This document shows positions 1 through 13,062 of a stretch of 64,000 bases of DNA, piece by piece. Position 1 is the first letter of the stretch. Each line of letters begins with the position of its first letter. The notes beneath the pieces are model-generated. The model did no database searches and had not been told where the DNA came from. It saw nothing but the letters and a program-made list of their open reading frames with translations. Both the position numbers and the translations under genes were made by a program. Origin of the DNA: Atribacterota bacterium (GTDB lineage: Bacteria; Atribacterota; Phoenicimicrobiia; Phoenicimicrobiales; Stramentimicrobiaceae); the NCBI GenBank assembly GCA_040767965.1, contig JAXGNR010000005.1, positions 218,623 through 282,622 of the forward strand, read 5' to 3'.

Positions 1-2
1 CC

Positions 3-848
3 CCTTTTATTGCTCCTCCTTTATTTATTTCAGACCCTTACCAAATACCAAGAATGTCCTGGGATGTTGAGCCGCAACCTCCGGGATTTCCCATGTCAGA
101 AGATATAAGATTAATCTATGATAGTTTAGAACAACCCGTTGTCAGAGAAACTGCTATCTTTGGTACTGCCCAGGGTGGGTATGATATTTTTTATGGACTT
201 ATCTGGGGAACAAGAACAGCTTTTCGTATCGGCATAATTACAGTTACTTTATCAATGCTAATTGGAATAATAAGTGGTTCAATAGCTGCATATTTTGGTG
301 GCTGGATTGATGAATTGCTGATGCGAATTACTGACATTTTTTTATCAATTCCTTTTCTTGTTGCTGCAATGGTATTAACTACTATTCTGGGAAGAGGATT
401 AGATAAAGTTATGGTCGCACTTATAGCGTTTGGCTGGATGGGTTATGCAAGAGTTATCAGGGGCAGTATCTTATGTGTAAAAGAAGAGGTTTATATTAAT
501 GCTGCTAAGGCATTAGGGGTAAACGATTTTAATATTATCATAAGACATTTGCTTCCAAATACAATTTTCCCTGTAATGGTACAGGCAAGCATGAACATAG
601 GATCAATGGTAATTACAGCAGCAGCTTTAAGCTTTTTAGGTGTTGGAGCGCCTCTGGGTTATGCAGATTGGGGTCAAATGGTCAGCTTTGCACGTAACTG
701 GATTGTCGGTTCTCCTGGCAATGCCGGAGAATACTGGTATGCAGTTTTTTTCCCATCATTATTTATTGTGCTTTTTGTTCTTGCCTGGAACTTAGTAGGA
801 GATACATTGCGGGATATTTTAGATCCTCGTTTAAGAGGTGAGCTATGA
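3..848 (+). CDS. oppC: Oligopeptide/dipeptide ABC transporter permease (5' truncated by the window edge)
   Basis: Frame is open from base 3. EAA-like motif YINAAKALGV..IIIRHLLPN and C-terminal NLVGDTLRDILDPR; followed by oppD/oppF-type ATPases. Confidence 0.9.
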   Translation, partial: PFIAPPLFISDPYQIPRMSWDVEPQPPGFPMSEDIRLIYDSLEQPVVRETAIFGTAQGGYDIFYGLIWGTRTAFRIGIITVTLSMLIGIISGSIAAYFGGWIDELLMRITDIFLSIPFLVAAMVLTTILGRGLDKVMVALIAFGWMGYARVIRGSILCVKEEVYINAAKALGVNDFNIIIRHLLPNTIFPVMVQASMNIGSMVITAAALSFLGVGAPLGYADWGQMVSFARNWIVGSPGNAGEYWYAVFFPSLFIVLFVLAWNLVGDTLRDILDPRLRGEL

Positions 849-1879
849 TGCAAAAAGATAAGAATAAAATATTACAGATTAAAGGCCTTAAAACATATTT
901 TTTTACTGAGAATGGAGTTGTAAAAGCTGTTGACGGTGTTGATTTTGAAGTTTACCAGGGTGAAACATTGGGTATTGTTGGTGAATCAGGATGTGGAAAA
1001 AGCATTACTGCTTTTTCTATTATGAGGCTGCTTGATTACCCTGGGAAAATAGTTGAAGGTCAAATCATATTTAAAGAAGAAAATTTGCTTCAAAAAAGTG
1101 AAAAACAGATGAGACAAATAAGAGGAAAAGATATTTCTATGATTTTTCAGGAACCTATGACTTCCTTAAATCCTGTTCTTACAATTGGTTTTCAGATATC
1201 TGAATCATTAGAAGTACATTTTAGAATGGATAAAGCTAAAGCAAGAAAAAGAGCGTTAGAATTATTGGAAAAAGTTGGCATTCCTATTCCTGAACAGCGA
1301 GTTGATGAATACCCTCATCAGTTAAGCGGAGGTATGAGACAGAGAGCAGTGATCGCTATGGCTTTAGCCTGCGATCCCGCCCTCCTGATAGCCGATGAGC
1401 CGACTACTTCTTTAGATGTTACCATACAAGCTCAGATATTAGATTTAATGAAATCACTTTTAGAGCAATTTAACAGCTCTTTAATGATGATAACACATGA
1501 CCTGGGAGTTATTGCAGAAATTGCTGATAGAATTGCGGTTATGTATGCCGGTAAAATAGTGGAGTACGCTGCTACCCGCTCCATTTTTTACTCACCCGGG
1601 CATCCCTATACTTTTGGTTTATTAACATCAATTCCAAGACTAGATATGGATGTTAAAAAATTAGAATCAATTCCTGGAATTGTTCCTGATCCGCTTAATT
1701 TTCCAGAAGGGTGCAAATTCCACCCACGATGTGTTTTTGCCACTGAAAAATGTATCAAGGAAGAACCTCCATTAACTAAAATTACACAAGATCATTATGT
1801 TCGCTGCTGGAATACTGAGCAGGTTAACCAGGAAGCAAAGAAAATAATATTTTCCGGGAGGTTATCAAAAAATGGCTGA
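845..1879 (+). CDS. oppD: Oligopeptide ABC transporter ATP-binding protein
   Basis: Walker A GESGCGKS, signature LSGGMRQR, C-terminal oligo_HPY domain (GCKFHPRC). Confidence 0.92.
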   Translation: MMQKDKNKILQIKGLKTYFFTENGVVKAVDGVDFEVYQGETLGIVGESGCGKSITAFSIMRLLDYPGKIVEGQIIFKEENLLQKSEKQMRQIRGKDISMIFQEPMTSLNPVLTIGFQISESLEVHFRMDKAKARKRALELLEKVGIPIPEQRVDEYPHQLSGGMRQRAVIAMALACDPALLIADEPTTSLDVTIQAQILDLMKSLLEQFNSSLMMITHDLGVIAEIADRIAVMYAGKIVEYAATRSIFYSPGHPYTFGLLTSIPRLDMDVKKLESIPGIVPDPLNFPEGCKFHPRCVFATEKCIKEEPPLTKITQDHYVRCWNTEQVNQEAKKIIFSGRLSKNG

Positions 1880-2837
1880 AGCATTAATTGGTATTAAAAA
1901 ATTAGTAAAATACTTTCCTATTAAAAAAGGTGTTTTTAAAAAGACAGTTGGTTGGGTGAAAGCTATTGACGGTATCAGCTTTGATATTTATGCTGGAGAA
2001 ACTCTTGGACTTGTTGGGGAATCTGGTTGCGGAAAATCAACTACTGCTATGACAATTCTTCGCCTGGAAGAACCCACCAGTGGAGATATACTGTTCCAGG
2101 GTAAAAATCTTACCAAAATAAAGAAAAACCAAATGCGAAAATACCGAAAGGACTTACAGATAATATTTCAAGATCCATATAGCTCTCTTGACCCTAGAAT
2201 GAAAGTAAAAAATATTATAGCTGAAGGACTGTCTGCTCACAATGTTTATAACACTAAAAAGAGTTTTCAAAAAGTAGGAGAATTACTGGAAAAAGTTGGA
2301 ATTGTGCCCGAATACATGGATCGTTTTCCGCATGAATTTAGTGGAGGACAAAGACAAAGAATCGGTATTGCCAGAGCGCTAGCCTTAAATCCTAAACTGA
2401 TTATTTGCGATGAGGCTGTTTCAGCTCTTGATGTATCCATACGATCTCAGATAATTAATTTATTTAAGGATTTGCAAAAAGAATTCAATCTGACATATCT
2501 TTTTATTGCACATGATTTAAGCGTAATTAAATATATTAGCGATAGAGTTGCAGTTATGTATTTAGGTAAAATAGTGGAAATCGCACCTAAGGATATTTTT
2601 TTCCAAAAAACTCTACATCCTTATGCACAAGCATTAATTTCGGCTGTCCCAGTTCCTAACCCTGATTATAAAAAAGAAAGAATTCTTCTAACCGGAGATG
2701 TTCCTAGTCCTGCCAATCCTCCAAAAGGATGCTATTTTCATCCCAGATGTCCAAAAGTTATGCCAATTTGCTCTAAAGAGGAACCTATCTTAAGAGAAAT
2801 TGAAAAAAACCATTTCACAGCTTGTCATTTGTATTAA
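1872..2837 (+). CDS. oppF: Oligopeptide ABC transporter ATP-binding protein
   Basis: [32 protein letters not shown]. Confidence 0.92.
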   Translation: MAEALIGIKKLVKYFPIKKGVFKKTVGWVKAIDGISFDIYAGETLGLVGESGCGKSTTAMTILRLEEPTSGDILFQGKNLTKIKKNQMRKYRKDLQIIFQDPYSSLDPRMKVKNIIAEGLSAHNVYNTKKSFQKVGELLEKVGIVPEYMDRFPHEFSGGQRQRIGIARALALNPKLIICDEAVSALDVSIRSQIINLFKDLQKEFNLTYLFIAHDLSVIKYISDRVAVMYLGKIVEIAPKDIFFQKTLHPYAQALISAVPVPNPDYKKERILLTGDVPSPANPPKGCYFHPRCPKVMPICSKEEPILREIEKNHFTACHLY

Positions 2838-2884
2838 CACTTCAGTATTTTTACATTTTCTCTGTTAAACAACATTAAATCAAA

Positions 2885-2913
2885 TTGTGTATATTTACAT
2901 TTTATGTTAAAAT
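2885..2913 (+). promoter_or_regulatory. Putative sigma70 promoter for tRNA-Arg/argS
   Basis: TTGTGT-17 nt-TAAAAT with extended TG, ~23 nt upstream of the tRNA. Confidence 0.5.
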
Positions 2914-2936
2914 TGTTCTCGAATCGGCAAATACGA

Positions 2937-3009
2937 GCGCCCGTAGCTCAATGGATAGAGCAGGGGCTTCCTAAGCCCCGTGTTGGAAGTTCGACTCTTC
3001 TCGGGCGCT
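2937..3009 (+). tRNA. tRNA-Arg(CCT)
   Basis: Acceptor GCGCCCG/CGGGCGC; anticodon arm GGGGC-TTCCTAA-GCCCC; T-loop TTCGACT; followed by CCT rather than CCA. Confidence 0.95.
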
Positions 3010-3093
3010 CCTTTTTGTATTTATTATATGATCTTATTAACGCTTAAGATCTATTTATACCAGAAACATGATAGGTAAGAGAGGAAGATTAAG

Positions 3094-4779
3094 TTGAATA
3101 AAAAAGTCAATGAAGATCTGAAACAAATAATAAAAGATGCTGTCCAAAATATGCCCAGGAAAAATAAAGTAAATATAGAGAAATTTCCAAATATTATTTT
3201 GACTACTCCTAAAAATTCTGAACATGGACATTTATCTACTAACATTGCATTGCAATTGCAAAATATTTTTAAAGAAAAATCAATGATCCTTGCAAATATA
3301 ATTGTTCAAGAAATACAAAAAAAAGATACAGGAATTTTAGAGAAAGCAGAAATAGCAGAACCAGGTTTTATTAATTTTTACCTAAAAAACAATGTTTTTT
3401 TTCAAATATTGAACGAAATAATGAGTAAAAAAGAACAATATGGCAAGTCAAATATAGGTAATAACAAAAAAATACTAATAGAATTTGTTAGCGTGAACCC
3501 TACAGGGCCATTACATGTAGGACACGGAAAATGTGCTGCAGTAGGGGATGCCCTTGCTAAAATACTTTCTAAAGCTGGATATCAGGTTTCAACTGAATAC
3601 TATATAAATGATCACGGTAGGCAAATGGATATTCTGGGAAAATCTGTTTTTGCACGTTATCGGATACTATCTGGGGAAGACGTTTCATTTCCGGAAAATG
3701 GATATAAAGGTGATTATATAACAGCATTAGCTAAAGAAATTATAGAAAAACACAATTACAGGTTTATAGGTAAGAATAATACAGAAACAATACAGTTTTT
3801 TAAAGAATATGCCCATAAAAAAATAATTACAGATATAAGGAAAGATCTTGTTTCTTTTGGAGTTGAGTTTGATAATTGGTTTAGCGAAGAAACTCTCTAT
3901 TCTGATGACAAAGTAAGACCAGTTATTAATAGGCTGTTAGAAGAAAAACATATTTATCAGCAGGATGGTGCATTATGGTTTAAATCAACTGCATGTGGTG
4001 ATGAAAAAGACAGAGTTGTAGTCAGAGAAAGCGGAGAACCAACATATTTTGCTTCTGATATTGCCTACCATGAAGATAAATACAAAAGGGGATTTGAAAC
4101 ACTAATTGACATATGGGGTGCTGACCATCATGGTTATGTGAAAAGAATGAAGGCAGTGATAGATGCTTTAGGATATGATATTGACTCATTTCAAGTATTA
4201 TTAGTACAGTTTGTTACTTTGATTAAAGAAGGTAAAATAGTTGGAATGAGCACCAGGGGTGGTGAATTTGTAAGATTAAAGGATCTTATTTCAGAAGTAG
4301 GTAAAGACGTAGCAAGATATTTCTTTTTAATGCATAGCCATGATAGCCATACAGAATTTGATTTAGATATAGCCAAATCCCAATCCATGGAAAATCCAGT
4401 ATTTTACATACAATATGCATATGCCAGAATATGCAGTATAATAGAAAAAGGGAAAAATGAAAAAATTGATATTAGTGAAGAATCTGGAATAGATCTTGAT
4501 TTATCTTTGTTAAAAAGTAAAGAAGAAATTGAATTAATAAAAAAACTGGCTAATTATAGAAAAATTATTGAAAGAAGCGCTATATATTGGAGACCATATC
4601 TGGTAGCTAGTTATTTGCACGAATTAGCATCTATATTCCATAAATACTACACAGAGTACAAAGTAATAAATCCAGATATTAATTTAACAAAATCACGTTT
4701 ATATCTAATCCATGCAACAAAAATTGTACTAAAAGATGCCCTGAAATTATTAGGAGTAGAAGCTCCAGAAAAAATGTAA
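3094..4779 (+). CDS. argS: Arginine--tRNA ligase
   Basis: EFVSVNPTGPLHVGH (HIGH motif), WGADHHGY, MSTR, YIQYAYARICSI, C-terminal LLGVEAPEKM. Confidence 0.97.
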   Translation: MNKKVNEDLKQIIKDAVQNMPRKNKVNIEKFPNIILTTPKNSEHGHLSTNIALQLQNIFKEKSMILANIIVQEIQKKDTGILEKAEIAEPGFINFYLKNNVFFQILNEIMSKKEQYGKSNIGNNKKILIEFVSVNPTGPLHVGHGKCAAVGDALAKILSKAGYQVSTEYYINDHGRQMDILGKSVFARYRILSGEDVSFPENGYKGDYITALAKEIIEKHNYRFIGKNNTETIQFFKEYAHKKIITDIRKDLVSFGVEFDNWFSEETLYSDDKVRPVINRLLEEKHIYQQDGALWFKSTACGDEKDRVVVRESGEPTYFASDIAYHEDKYKRGFETLIDIWGADHHGYVKRMKAVIDALGYDIDSFQVLLVQFVTLIKEGKIVGMSTRGGEFVRLKDLISEVGKDVARYFFLMHSHDSHTEFDLDIAKSQSMENPVFYIQYAYARICSIIEKGKNEKIDISEESGIDLDLSLLKSKEEIELIKKLANYRKIIERSAIYWRPYLVASYLHELASIFHKYYTEYKVINPDINLTKSRLYLIHATKIVLKDALKLLGVEAPEKM

Positions 4780-4784
4780 ATAAT

Positions 4785-5693
4785 ATGAAAGAAAATGTAG
4801 AAAATATTAAAAATTGTCGCTTTGTTATAATAACCGGACTTTCTGGTGCCGGCAAAAGCATTGCTATGAAATCATTGGAAGACTTAGGTTTTTTCTGTGT
4901 AGATAATATGCCTCCACAATTAATTCCAAAGTTTTCTGAAATGTTTTTACTTTCTCAGGGGAAATTATCACAAATAGCATTTGTGGTTGACATACGAGGT
5001 GAAATATTTTTTAGAGAAATTGATCAATGCTTAAATGAACTTGCTGAAATTGGAATTCAGCCTGAAATCATATTTCTTGAAGCAAAAGATGAAGTTATTG
5101 TAAGAAGATTTAGTGAAACCAGAAGAAAACATCCATTACAATTTTCACAGAGTATCCTGGAAAATATCCAGCAGGAAAGAAAAAAAATAAATGAATTAAA
5201 ATCAAAAGCAACTAAAATAATAGACACATCTAATCTTGAGACTAAAGAGTTAAAGCAGGAAATACAGAGTTTTTTTAAAACAGGTAACACTGTCGGGCTA
5301 CACATAAGTTTAATGTCTTTTGGCTATAAATATGGAATGCCTATTGATGTTGATCTGATTATCGATGCCCGTTTTTTACCAAATCCATTTTACCAAAATG
5401 AGTTAAGTGAATATTCTGGTAAAGATGAGAAAATAAGAAAATATTTATATAATTTCTCAGTCACTAAAGAATTTATCGATAAATTTTATTCTTTAATTGA
5501 TTTCTTAAGCCCATATTATTTAAAAGAAGGAAAGGATTATCTTTCAATAGCTATTGGTTGTACCGGCGGTAGGCATAGATCTGTTTTTTTGGTGAATGAA
5601 TTGTATACATTATTAAAAAATAAAGATCATCAAATAATTGTAAAACACAGGGATATCAAGAAAGCAGAAAAAGATAATAAAGAGAAAATTTAA
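4785..5693 (+). CDS. rapZ: RNase adapter / P-loop protein RapZ (YvcJ)
   Basis: ITGLSGAGKS, CVDNMP, SFGYKYG, DARFLPNP, GCTGGRHRS. Confidence 0.95.
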   Translation: MKENVENIKNCRFVIITGLSGAGKSIAMKSLEDLGFFCVDNMPPQLIPKFSEMFLLSQGKLSQIAFVVDIRGEIFFREIDQCLNELAEIGIQPEIIFLEAKDEVIVRRFSETRRKHPLQFSQSILENIQQERKKINELKSKATKIIDTSNLETKELKQEIQSFFKTGNTVGLHISLMSFGYKYGMPIDVDLIIDARFLPNPFYQNELSEYSGKDEKIRKYLYNFSVTKEFIDKFYSLIDFLSPYYLKEGKDYLSIAIGCTGGRHRSVFLVNELYTLLKNKDHQIIVKHRDIKKAEKDNKEKI

Positions 5694-5694
5694 G

Positions 5695-6987
5695 ATGTCT
5701 TTAAAAAATTTTCAATTTATTTCTTTATGGAAATGGCTTTATCCGGGAATGAAGGTCAAAAGATTCTTATTTGTTGTTCTTTTTGGGATTTTATTGATGG
5801 CTATTGGGTTAATATTTTTAATTGACCTGACCAGATTTTTATGGATTAAAGATACAATTAGGAGATTATTTGAATACTATCAAATAGCACCACATTTCTC
5901 TGGATTTTTGTTAATTATTTCCGGATCCTCACTGGTTATATTGGGAATCTCTAATATGAACCGCTCTATTCTAAAAAAAATTATACCAAATCAAATAAAC
6001 CAAATTTCAGATATAATCTATCTCCAGAACAAATTAGAAAAAGGACCTCGTATAGTTGCTATAGGTGGAGGAACAGGATTAAACACCATCTTAAAAGGTT
6101 TAAAAAAATATACAAGTAATATCACAGCAGTTGTAACTGTTTTTGATAGTGGAGGTAATTCAGGCCGATTAAGAGAAGAGATGGGAGTCTTGCCTCCAGG
6201 AGATATCAGGAATTGTTTGGTTGCCCTTTCTACCAAGGAGCCATTGATGACAAAATTGTTTCAATATCGATTTAAACTAGGCAGTTTAAGAGATCATAGT
6301 TTTGGGAATCTATTTATTACTGCAATGTCAGAAGTGAGTGGAGATTTTACAAAAGCAATTGAAAAATCCAGCGAGATATTGGCAATTAGAGGCAAAGTTT
6401 TGCCATCTTCAAAGGATAATATAACATTGTGTGCAAGTTTAAAAAGTAATGAGATAATAGTAGGTGAAGATAATATATCAAAAGGGTATGGGAAAATTGA
6501 AAAAGTATTTCTTCAACCTGATAAGGCCTTGCCATTACCAGAAACCATTCAGTCAATAAAAGAGGCTGATATTATAATACTAGGGCCTGGCAGTTTATAT
6601 ACCAGCGTAATATGCAATTTATTGGTAAAGGATATTCCAGAAGCCATCTGTGAATCCAGCGCAAAAAAAATATACATATGCAATGTTATGACTCAGCCAG
6701 GCGAAACAGACAATTACACTGTTTCAATGCACTTAGATGAAATAGTAAAATATTTGAAAAAAGATTGCCTGGATTATGTTTTAGTAAATAATAAAAAAAT
6801 AGCGAAAAACACACTTATTAAATACCAAAATGAAGGTGCCTTTATAGTTAAAGATGATTTATCAAAAAGCAATCGAAAAATAAACATAATAAGAAAGGAT
6901 TTACTTTCTGAGCACAATTTTGCAAGACATGATTCTGAAAAAATAACTAGTTTAATTATGGAAATTGTTCAAAGGGAGAAAAAATAA
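5695..6987 (+). CDS. yvcK: Gluconeogenesis factor YvcK/GlmR family with N-terminal TM segments
   Basis: IGGGTGL, DSGGNSG, PPGDIRN, GPGSLYTS, NVMTQPGET, RHD; canonical rapZ-yvcK-whiA order. Confidence 0.93.
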   Translation: MSLKNFQFISLWKWLYPGMKVKRFLFVVLFGILLMAIGLIFLIDLTRFLWIKDTIRRLFEYYQIAPHFSGFLLIISGSSLVILGISNMNRSILKKIIPNQINQISDIIYLQNKLEKGPRIVAIGGGTGLNTILKGLKKYTSNITAVVTVFDSGGNSGRLREEMGVLPPGDIRNCLVALSTKEPLMTKLFQYRFKLGSLRDHSFGNLFITAMSEVSGDFTKAIEKSSEILAIRGKVLPSSKDNITLCASLKSNEIIVGEDNISKGYGKIEKVFLQPDKALPLPETIQSIKEADIIILGPGSLYTSVICNLLVKDIPEAICESSAKKIYICNVMTQPGETDNYTVSMHLDEIVKYLKKDCLDYVLVNNKKIAKNTLIKYQNEGAFIVKDDLSKSNRKINIIRKDLLSEHNFARHDSEKITSLIMEIVQREKK

Positions 6988-7941
6988 TTGTATTATTCAT
7001 CCTTGGCGAAGCAGGAGTTAACAAAAATATTACCTAAAAATATGGCTGAACAAAAAGGAGAACTGCTTGCTTTTATCCTGATGAAAGGATGTTTTAGTGA
7101 AAATAATTTTTCAATTATCATAGAGAATCCGGCATTAAATAAAGTTATCTATTATTTATTGAAACAAGTATTCAGTTATAATCCTACGATTAAAAAAATA
7201 AGAGGAAAAAAGAAAAAAAATGAATATATAATTAACATTTCAGGTTATAAAGAGATCAGTAAGATCCTTGCTGAATTTAAGCTCAAGATCACTCAAAATG
7301 GTAAAATATTAGAAAAGCAAATAAAAAAGAAACAAAATAATAATAACAAAATAAGTCATCATGATTATTTCGCAAAGGCTTTTTTAAGAGGAGCTTTTTT
7401 AGCAGGTGGTTTTGTAAATGATCCTGAAAGAATGTATCACCTCCAAATAGCGTGTTCTTTAAAAACTGAAGCTGAGGCTATTCAAAGAATGCTTCAACAG
7501 AATTCTTTTTTGGCAAAAACAAGTTTCTGGCAGAAAAAATGGATAGTATATATGAAAAAAAGTGAGCACATTTTTGAATTTTTACGTTTCATTGGCGTTC
7601 AGAGAGCTTTGCTAAATTTTCAAGATATTGTTGCAAGGAAAGATATTTTAAATAAAGTTAACCGATTGGTTAATTGCGAAACAGCCAATCTTGATAAAAC
7701 AATTAATTCAGCCTCAAAGCAATTAATGTATATAGAGATTGTAAAAAAAAATATAAGTTTAAAGAACTTGCCTGTTAGTCTTGTTGAAGTTATCAATGCA
7801 CGTTCTGCCAACCCTTATTCAAGTATTCAAGAATTGGCAAATATAATAGGGGGCAATATTAGTAAATCCGGAATATATCATCGTTTAAAAAAAATTGAGC
7901 AAATCGCTGAAAAATACATATCAGAGGAAATAACAAATTAA
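6988..7941 (+). CDS. whiA: DNA-binding protein WhiA
   Basis: FLRGAFLAGG..DPE..YHL, NRLVNCETANLDKT, SKSGIYHRL. Confidence 0.93.
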   Translation: MYYSSLAKQELTKILPKNMAEQKGELLAFILMKGCFSENNFSIIIENPALNKVIYYLLKQVFSYNPTIKKIRGKKKKNEYIINISGYKEISKILAEFKLKITQNGKILEKQIKKKQNNNNKISHHDYFAKAFLRGAFLAGGFVNDPERMYHLQIACSLKTEAEAIQRMLQQNSFLAKTSFWQKKWIVYMKKSEHIFEFLRFIGVQRALLNFQDIVARKDILNKVNRLVNCETANLDKTINSASKQLMYIEIVKKNISLKNLPVSLVEVINARSANPYSSIQELANIIGGNISKSGIYHRLKKIEQIAEKYISEEITN

Positions 7942-8031
7942 AGTTGAGTATTTAATTGTATCAAAACAATATTTCATCTTGATAAGTCTATATTTGTAAA
8001 ATTCCTGTTTTCTAAGCATAGAAGGAGTTAA

Positions 8032-10563
<2,532 letters not shown>

Positions 10564-10627
10564 AAACCATGCTAGCAGGTTCTGAAAATAGTCAATAATT
10601 TTTATATTTGTCATATTTTTTTTAATT

Positions 10628-10645
10628 TTGTTATGTGCTTAACAT
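10628..10645. promoter_or_regulatory. Candidate Rex operator upstream of tpiA
   Basis: TTGTTATGTGCTTAACAT vs Rex consensus TTGTTAA-N4-TTAACAA (2 mismatches), just 5' of the tpiA RBS. Confidence 0.45.
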
Positions 10646-10661
10646 AATATGGAGGATGCTT

Positions 10662-11429
10662 ATGGCGCGCAAGCCTTTGATTGTCGGAAATTGGAAAATG
10701 AATAAAACTGTTACAGAAAGTATTTCTTTAATTAGAGAAATAGTTGATTTTTTAAAAAGAGAGCAAAATACTGAAATAGCTATATGTCCACCATTTACTT
10801 CAATATGGGTAGCAAGAGAATTACTGCAAGATACTAATATTTTATTAGGTGCTCAAAATATGTATTATAAAGATGAAGGGGCATATACTGGAGAAATATC
10901 AGCAAAAATGCTACAAAATATTGGTTGTAAATTTGTGATTCTCGGACATTCCGAAAGAAGAATATATTTTAAAGAAAGTTCTCAGGAAATTGCCAGTAAA
11001 GCAAAACAAGCTATAAATTATAATTTAATCCCAATAATATGCGTTGGAGAAAATTTAGAAGAAAGGGAATTGAATCAAGCAAATTATATAATTCAGGAAC
11101 AGATAAAAAGTGTATTTGAAATTTTTAAAATGCATGATATGGAAAAAGTTATTTTTGCTTATGAACCTATTTGGGCAATCGGTACTGGCAAGTCTGCCAC
11201 TCCTGAAGAGGCAAATAGCATGATTAAATTCATTCGTGCTTTAGTTCGAGAAAAATATACTGAAAAAATAGCTGAACAAATTAAGATACTTTACGGTGGC
11301 AGTGTGAATCACAATAATATAAATGAATTGATGTTGAAACCAGATATTGATGGTGCCTTAGTAGGAGGAGCAAGCTTGAATGCTTTAACTTTTTCTCAGC
11401 TCTTCAACTATAATAGTAGAAAGTATTAA
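10662..11429 (+). CDS. tpiA: Triosephosphate isomerase
   Basis: VGNWKMN, GHSERR, AYEPIWAIGTG, YGGSV, LVGGASL; RBS GGAGG at 10651 favours ATG 10662. Confidence 0.97.
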   Translation: MARKPLIVGNWKMNKTVTESISLIREIVDFLKREQNTEIAICPPFTSIWVARELLQDTNILLGAQNMYYKDEGAYTGEISAKMLQNIGCKFVILGHSERRIYFKESSQEIASKAKQAINYNLIPIICVGENLEERELNQANYIIQEQIKSVFEIFKMHDMEKVIFAYEPIWAIGTGKSATPEEANSMIKFIRALVREKYTEKIAEQIKILYGGSVNHNNINELMLKPDIDGALVGGASLNALTFSQLFNYNSRKY

Positions 11430-11596
11430 AAAATAAAGTAATTTTCAAAATAGGCAAAATTTATTTTATATAGTTACTTACTTTTCTAATATATCTTGAT
11501 TCAGATTCACATTTATGATATCATGCATAAGCATGCAAAATTATTAGACTGAGCTGATAAGTATATTGTAATCCAATTATAAAGGAGAGGGTTTTC

Positions 11597-11821
11597 ATGC
11601 CAACATGGCTAATGTTGATACAGATAATAATAAGTATTGCGCTAATAGGTGTTGTATTATTCCAGTCCAGAAAAGCAGGACAGGGTGGTGGAGTATTTGG
11701 TGGGAGCACTTTTGCTGATCATAGAGGTAGAAAAGGTTCAGAAGTGCTTTTGATGAAAATAACCACCGCAATAGCAATATTATTCATGGTTTCTTCTATC
11801 ATGATCAGTATTTATAAATAG
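11597..11821 (+). CDS. secG: Preprotein translocase subunit SecG
   Basis: 74 aa with two TMs flanking a Gly-rich loop (LFQ..GQGGGVFGGS); typical position after glycolytic genes. Confidence 0.9.
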   Translation: MPTWLMLIQIIISIALIGVVLFQSRKAGQGGGVFGGSTFADHRGRKGSEVLLMKITTAIAILFMVSSIMISIYK

Positions 11822-11868
11822 TATTATAGGTTTACATATAGAAGAATAGGAGAAGGATATACTTAAAC

Positions 11869-12903
11869 ATGGAACATTTTTTAACATCTGCTGAGATAGG
11901 ACAATATGAAGTTGATCCTAATAGGAAGTTGTTTTCTGCTAATCATGATGAAATAGAAAAAGGGCTTACTACTGATATTTATTTTATAAGAGCATTGGAA
12001 ATACTTGAATATCTAAAACTGGACAATACATGTGTGACAGCAGAAATATTTGCAAGAAAAGAAGGTATATTTGCTGGAGTTCAAGAAGCATATAATTTAC
12101 TAAAAAATAAAAAAATTAATCTCTGGTCTTTAAATGAAGGAGACTATTTTTCCTCAAAAGAAACTGTTATGAGAATAGAAGGTCCCTATAACCAGTTTGG
12201 GTTTTTAGAAACCGTTATATTAGGAATATTGGCTAGTAGTTCAGCTTGGGCGACAGCAGCCAGGGAATGCAGAGAAGCAGCAAAAGATAAAAAAATAATT
12301 TGTTTTGGTTCTAGACATATTCATCCTGCGGTTGCCCCTGTTATGGAAAGAGCCGCTATTATAGGAGGAATGGATGGTGCCAGTTGTATTTTAGGTGCAA
12401 AATTAATGAAGCAAGAACCTCAAGGCACTATACCACATACTGTAATCATTATTACTGGGGATACTGTAAAAGCAGCTAAAGCATATAATGAATGTTCCCC
12501 AAAGAATGTTTCCAGAGTTATTTTAATTGATACTTTTAAAGATGAAACCGAAGAATCGATTAGAGTAGCAAATGCCCTTGGTAAAGACTTGCTGGGTGTA
12601 AGAATTGATACACCAAGTGAAAGGGGAGGAGTGTCTCCTGATTTGGTCAGAGAAGTAAGAGTAAGACTAGATCAGGCAGGTTTTCCTGATGTAAAAATAT
12701 TTGTTTCTGGTGGTATTACCCCTGAAAGGATTAAATTATTAAACAAAGAAGCAGTAGATGTCTTTGGAGTTGGAAGCTATATTAGTGATGCATCTCCAAT
12801 TGATATGACTCTTGACATCAAAGAAGTAGAAGGAAAGCCAATGGCAAAAAGGGGTAGAATTCCTGGAAAAATTGAAAACAAGAAATTAGTTAAAATTATT
12901 TAA
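11869..12903 (+). CDS. pncB: Nicotinate phosphoribosyltransferase (short type)
   Basis: TDIYF, FGSRHIHP, GTIPH, LIDTF, VRIDTP, FGVGSYI, AKRG. Confidence 0.88.
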   Translation: MEHFLTSAEIGQYEVDPNRKLFSANHDEIEKGLTTDIYFIRALEILEYLKLDNTCVTAEIFARKEGIFAGVQEAYNLLKNKKINLWSLNEGDYFSSKETVMRIEGPYNQFGFLETVILGILASSSAWATAARECREAAKDKKIICFGSRHIHPAVAPVMERAAIIGGMDGASCILGAKLMKQEPQGTIPHTVIIITGDTVKAAKAYNECSPKNVSRVILIDTFKDETEESIRVANALGKDLLGVRIDTPSERGGVSPDLVREVRVRLDQAGFPDVKIFVSGGITPERIKLLNKEAVDVFGVGSYISDASPIDMTLDIKEVEGKPMAKRGRIPGKIENKKLVKII

Positions 12904-12957
12904 CTTTTATTTATAAATTTTAGTTAATATGCTAAATTAAAATAATAAAAACATAAA

Positions 12958-13044
12958 GCCGGGATGGCGGAATAGGCAGACGCGCCAGCTTGAGGGGCTG
13001 GTAGGCATATGCTTGTGGGGGTTCAAATCCCCCTCCCGGCACCA
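12958..13044 (+). tRNA. tRNA-Leu(GAG)
   Basis: Acceptor GCCGGGA/TCCCGGC, anticodon arm CCAGC-TTGAGGG-GCTGG, long variable arm, A73 and encoded CCA. Confidence 0.96.
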
Positions 13045-13062
13045 TTTTAAAATTTATAATAG

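Noticed and set aside
3009-3016. tRNA-Arg and tRNA-Glu end in CCT instead of CCA
   Set aside because: Non-encoded CCA is common, and both abut T-runs where a base could have been dropped.
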